A stretch of DNA of 24,000 nucleotides from Paratractidigestivibacter faecalis (GTDB lineage Bacteria; Actinomycetota; Coriobacteriia; Coriobacteriales; Atopobiaceae), in NCBI RefSeq assembly GCF_003416765.1, contig NZ_QSNG01000001.1, forward strand, positions 188,742 through 212,741. Direction: 5' to 3'. The position numbers and the translations under genes were made by a program. This document shows, one piece after another, positions 21,179 through 24,000 of the stretch (position 1 is the stretch's first letter; each line of letters begins with the position of its first letter). Below the pieces are notes generated by a model that was given only the letters and a program-made list of their open reading frames with translations, made no database searches and was not told the origin of the DNA.

Positions 21179-22159
21179 ATGGCAACTGTTAACGGGGACG
21201 TTGATGTTTCCCAGGTAAAAGGGACGCCCCTGCCTGCCGGGCAGGAGGCTGGCACGGCCGAGAAGGCCGCTCGTGACCGTGCGCGCATCCGCCGCGGCAT
21301 AGTCTGCACGCTTCTGGGCGGCGCCCTCTGGGGCCTCAACGGCACCGTTTCGAAGTTCCTGATGGACGCCTACGGCATGGAGCCCCTCTGGCTGGTCTGC
21401 GTTCGCGAGCTCACCGCCTGCTGGCTCTTCCTGGCCGCGGCCGCGGCAAGCGCCGACGGCCGCTCCAAGCTGCGTGCCGTGACGCACGACGCGCGCGGCA
21501 TGCGCGGGATCCTTGCCGTGGCCCTGGGCGCCGTGCTCTTCTCGCAGGTGGCGTACCTGCAGGCCATCAACTGGACCAGCTCCGCCACGGCCACCATCAT
21601 GCAGAGCCTGGGCATGCTTCTGGTTCTGACCTACGTCTGCCTCACCATGCGTCGGCGCCCCCGCAGGCGAGAAGTGCTCGGCATAGCCCTGGCCCTTGTG
21701 GGAACGTTTCTGGTGGCCACGGGCGGAAATCCCGCCGAGCTCGCGCTGCCCCTGGGCGGCCTGGTCTGGGGCCTGGTCTGCGCCGTGTCCTCGGCCTGCC
21801 TCTCCATCCTGCCGGCAAAGCCCATGGCCAAGTGGGGCAACTTCGTCGTCAACGGCCTGGCGTTTCTGGCCTCGGGCGTCATCCTGACGTTGGTCTATCG
21901 CCCCTGGGAGCACATGCCCGCCCTCGACGGCCTCGCCCTTGCGCTTCTGGCCTTCTGCATCCTGGGAGGCACCTTTGGCTCCTATGCCCTCTACCTGCAG
22001 GGCGTTCACGATGCCGGCTCCATGCGCGCGAGCCTTCTCGGCACCATCGAGCCCATCACGGCCACCATCACGACGGTTCTCATGCTTGGCACGACCTTCT
22101 CGCCGGCCGATCTCGTGGGCTTTGCCATGATCTTGGCCATGGTCTACCTCACGGCCTAG
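21179..22159 (+). CDS. EamA/DMT-superfamily membrane transporter
   Basis: Only the last 326 codons of track ORF 18392..22159 are credible. ATG 21179 is preceded by agggagg. After a ~40-aa polar N-terminus the protein is about 10 hydrophobic spans arranged as two similar halves, typical of EamA. Substrate unknown. Confidence 0.75.
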   Translation: MATVNGDVDVSQVKGTPLPAGQEAGTAEKAARDRARIRRGIVCTLLGGALWGLNGTVSKFLMDAYGMEPLWLVCVRELTACWLFLAAAAASADGRSKLRAVTHDARGMRGILAVALGAVLFSQVAYLQAINWTSSATATIMQSLGMLLVLTYVCLTMRRRPRRREVLGIALALVGTFLVATGGNPAELALPLGGLVWGLVCAVSSACLSILPAKPMAKWGNFVVNGLAFLASGVILTLVYRPWEHMPALDGLALALLAFCILGGTFGSYALYLQGVHDAGSMRASLLGTIEPITATITTVLMLGTTFSPADLVGFAMILAMVYLTA

Positions 22160-22276
22160 CCGCGGTCCCGGGCAAGAAGCCCGCCCCAATCCGACGCCAC
22201 CAACCAAAAGGGCGGAGCCCCACCAACCGGTGAGGCGCCGCCTGCTCGTTGCGCGTATGTGCCGCGGGCCGGCCCG

Positions 22277-23359
22277 CTAGATGCGCTCCATGTTTGCCAG
22301 GACCGAGGAGTACCAGCGCGCCGCGTTGGGCGGGCAGTACTTCTGGGCGGCGGCGTAGGTGAGGTGTCCGCCGTAGCCGGAGGCAAGGCCCGCCACGTGG
22401 TCCCAGATGGCATCCTCCCACGTGTTCCAGCTCGAGCTTCCCCAGCCCCAGGCGTTGTGGGACCTGAAGCAGTAGAGGCCCTTGGAAGACTCCACGGCGC
22501 TGATCGCCGGCGAGAAGCGCGGGTCCACGCCGTAGTCCCAGGCGGCCTCGGCAAACGTCGTGCCCTGTCCCGCGAGGGGAGAGCCGGCGAGGTAGGCGTC
22601 GATGCGGGCGGCCCAGCCGGCCACGAAGGTGTCCTTCTGGGACTGCCAGTCAACGGGGTCTGGGTCGGGCTGCGCGGGAACCTCGACGGGTGCCTGCTCG
22701 CCGGAGCCGGTGGTGAAGGTGCTGTCGCCGGAGGCGGCGTCTGCCTGGGCCTTCTGGATGGCCGCCTGGCGCTCCGCCTCCTCGGCGGCCGCCTGCTCCG
22801 CCATCTGCTGCTCCAGCTCTGCGCGGGCGGCCTTGGCCGCGGCCAGGGCGTCGGAGGCCGCCTGTCGGTCGGACTCGGCGGCTGCCTGCTGGGTGGCCAG
22901 GTCCGAGCGCGTCTGCTGGAGCTCGGCGTCAAGCGAGGCTAGCTCGCTCACGGCGTCGTAGTTGTGGGACTGGATGACGTCCAGGTACTGGATGGTCGCA
23001 ATCAGGGAGTTGAAGTCCTCGGAGGACAGCAGCAGGTCAAGAAGGCCGCCCGTTCCCTGCTGCATCTTGTACAGCAGCCTGATCGAGTCCGCCGCAGCGG
23101 CGCGCTTGCCGGGGAGAATCTCCTCGATCTGGGCAATGCGCTGCTCGTTGGCGTCAATCTGGGCCTGGACGCTCTCCACGCGGGCGTTAGCCTCGTCGTA
23201 GGCGGTCGAGGTCTCCTGGATCTGCTGCTGGATCTGGTCGATTGACGCGGCAAGAACCGTCCTTGGCGTCGCGAGCGTCGCAAGCGCACAGGCTGTCAGG
23301 GCGCTGGCTGCAGCCAGGCCGCGAAGACGGGCGCCGCGAGCTGTTTTGGTGAGCGTCAA
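22277..23359 (-). CDS. Secreted coiled-coil protein with lysozyme/glucosaminidase-like C-terminal domain (putative peptidoglycan hydrolase, CwlO/PcsB-like architecture)
   Basis: 360 aa. TTG start at 23359 with SD ggaggt 8 nt upstream. Signal peptide 'ARLRGLAAASALTACALATLATPRTVLAAS'. A ~190-aa Gln/Ala-rich heptad region follows. The C-terminal 'AEAAWDYGVDPRFSPAISAVESSKGLYCFRSHNAWGWG' resembles the Glu-Ser catalytic block of muramidase/glucosaminidase-type domains. The domain assignment is tentative. Confidence 0.6.
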   Translation of the reverse strand: MTLTKTARGARLRGLAAASALTACALATLATPRTVLAASIDQIQQQIQETSTAYDEANARVESVQAQIDANEQRIAQIEEILPGKRAAAADSIRLLYKMQQGTGGLLDLLLSSEDFNSLIATIQYLDVIQSHNYDAVSELASLDAELQQTRSDLATQQAAAESDRQAASDALAAAKAARAELEQQMAEQAAAEEAERQAAIQKAQADAASGDSTFTTGSGEQAPVEVPAQPDPDPVDWQSQKDTFVAGWAARIDAYLAGSPLAGQGTTFAEAAWDYGVDPRFSPAISAVESSKGLYCFRSHNAWGWGSSSWNTWEDAIWDHVAGLASGYGGHLTYAAAQKYCPPNAARWYSSVLANMERI

Positions 23360-23464
23360 AGAACAGTACCTCCGTGCTCGCCCTCCCGGATTTGCCGGGC
23401 TTCACAAACGTCTAACCCCGCTACTTTACCGCCTGAGCGGCCCGTTCACTTGGTTTTCACGAGT

Positions 23465-23505
23465 GCGGCGGCAGGTAGCAGGGGGTACCTGCCGCCTGCC
23501 GCCGC
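23465..23505 (-). terminator. GC-rich hairpin downstream of the usp gene
   Basis: ggcggcaggta (23467-23477) pairs with tacctgccgcc (23486-23496), 11 bp. An alternative register pairs gcggcggcagg (23465-23475) with cctgccgccgc (23495-23505). There is no clear U-tract on the minus strand. Confidence 0.4.
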
Positions 23506-23555
23506 AAGGGAGCCGTCTGTGGGGGGCGCAGTCGTGGGGCCGTCTCGCCCGGTGC

Positions 23556-24000
23556 CTACTTGACGATGAGCGTGTCGCACTCGGTGTTGCGCGTGAGGAA
23601 GGTGGAGATGGAGCCCAGGATGGCGTACTTGATGGACGAGAGGCCGCGGGCCCCGCAGACCACCAGGTCGGGCTTGATGACGTCGAGCATGTCGTCCTTG
23701 AGGGTCTCGCGGATGCGGCCGGCGCGTACCACGACCTCGACCTTCTTGATCTGCGGCTCGGCCTCGGCCTTAGCCACCTGCCCGGCTATCGAGTCCCTGA
23801 ACTCCTTCTCCAAAGCGGGAATGAGATCCACCGGGTAGGTCCCGGCGGCCTCGAGCGCGGTGGAGTCGATGACGTGGCCAATGTAGAGCTCGGCGTTGTC
23901 GCAGGCCGCGATCGTTATGGCGCGGTCGAGCACCTTCGCCTGCTCCTCCGACCCGTCAAGCGAGACGAAGATACGGTCATACCCGAGGTCCTGATAGGAA
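23556..24000 (-). CDS. Universal stress protein (UspA family), 5' end outside the window
   Basis: The track ORF starts at a GTG (23933), but the frame stays open to position 24000 and reads '...SYQDLGYDRIFVSLDGSEEQAKVLDRAITIA...', the canonical Usp N-terminal strand. ATP-binding motif 'VVCGARGLSSIKYAILGS' and C-terminus 'ECDTLIVK'. Confidence 0.85.
   Translation of the reverse strand, partial: SYQDLGYDRIFVSLDGSEEQAKVLDRAITIAACDNAELYIGHVIDSTALEAAGTYPVDLIPALEKEFRDSIAGQVAKAEAEPQIKKVEVVVRAGRIRETLKDDMLDVIKPDLVVCGARGLSSIKYAILGSISTFLTRNTECDTLIVK

Noticed and set aside
23360-23555. Looked for a c-di-AMP (ydaO-type) or other riboswitch in the leader of the cell-wall hydrolase-like gene
   Set aside because: Such riboswitches often precede cell-wall hydrolase genes in Actinobacteria. 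Here, however, the usp hairpin takes up part of this gap, leaving little room for a structured leader, and I could not find the conserved ydaO sequence blocks on the coding (minus) strand. Only a small cccgg/ccggg hairpin is present.
1-24000. Scan for tRNA/rRNA genes, integrases, transposases, toxin-antitoxin pairs, restriction or other defence genes, and invertible promoters
   Set aside because: I found no T-loop/acceptor-stem patterns or rRNA-like conserved blocks. No ORF has recombinase, nuclease, ATPase or defence-type motifs, and no long inverted repeats flank a promoter-sized segment. The region looks like core or accessory metabolic chromosome rather than a mobile or defence island.

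Overview
GC-rich window (by eye about two-thirds G+C, third codon positions almost all G/C) with strong AGGAGG-type ribosome-binding sites. Composition and gene content suggest a Gram-positive Actinomycetota chromosome, possibly Coriobacteriia-like; this is a guess I cannot verify without a database search. I can support 19 protein-coding genes (the last runs off the right edge), several rho-independent-type hairpins and a few candidate operators. I see no rRNA, tRNA, CRISPR array, transposase, integrase or other mobile-element signature. Gene order: M32 carboxypeptidase(-) | ROK sugar kinase, stand-alone PTS EIIA, Cof-type HAD phosphatase, GntR/HutC regulator, then a tight operon EIIA - EIIBC (Fru family) - MalY/PatB-type C-S lyase - PRD/EIIA-domain regulator - M20 dipeptidase (all +) | XRE-HTH::aminotransferase fusion(+) | acidic/wHTH-like/RGG-tail protein(+) | pdxT-pdxS(-) divergent from pdxR(+) | M16 insulinase-like peptidase(-) | EamA/DMT transporter(+) | secreted coiled-coil cell-wall-hydrolase-like protein(-) | universal stress protein(-, partial). 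Most long ORFs in the six-frame track lying opposite these genes are high-GC antisense artefacts. Three candidates look possibly undescribed. (1) A fructose-family PTS operon whose cargo enzymes are a cysteine-S-conjugate-type beta-lyase and a dipeptidase rather than sugar-phosphate enzymes. (2) A bacterial protein combining an acidic N-terminus, a MarR-like core and a ~150-aa eukaryote-style RGG tail that carries a perfect 93-nt in-frame duplication. (3) An XRE-HTH fused to a complete AlaA-type aminotransferase, with an internal SD+ATG and an elaborate AT-rich palindromic operator array, sitting next to the PLP synthase/PdxR locus. All functional calls come from by-eye motif recognition; no searches were run.
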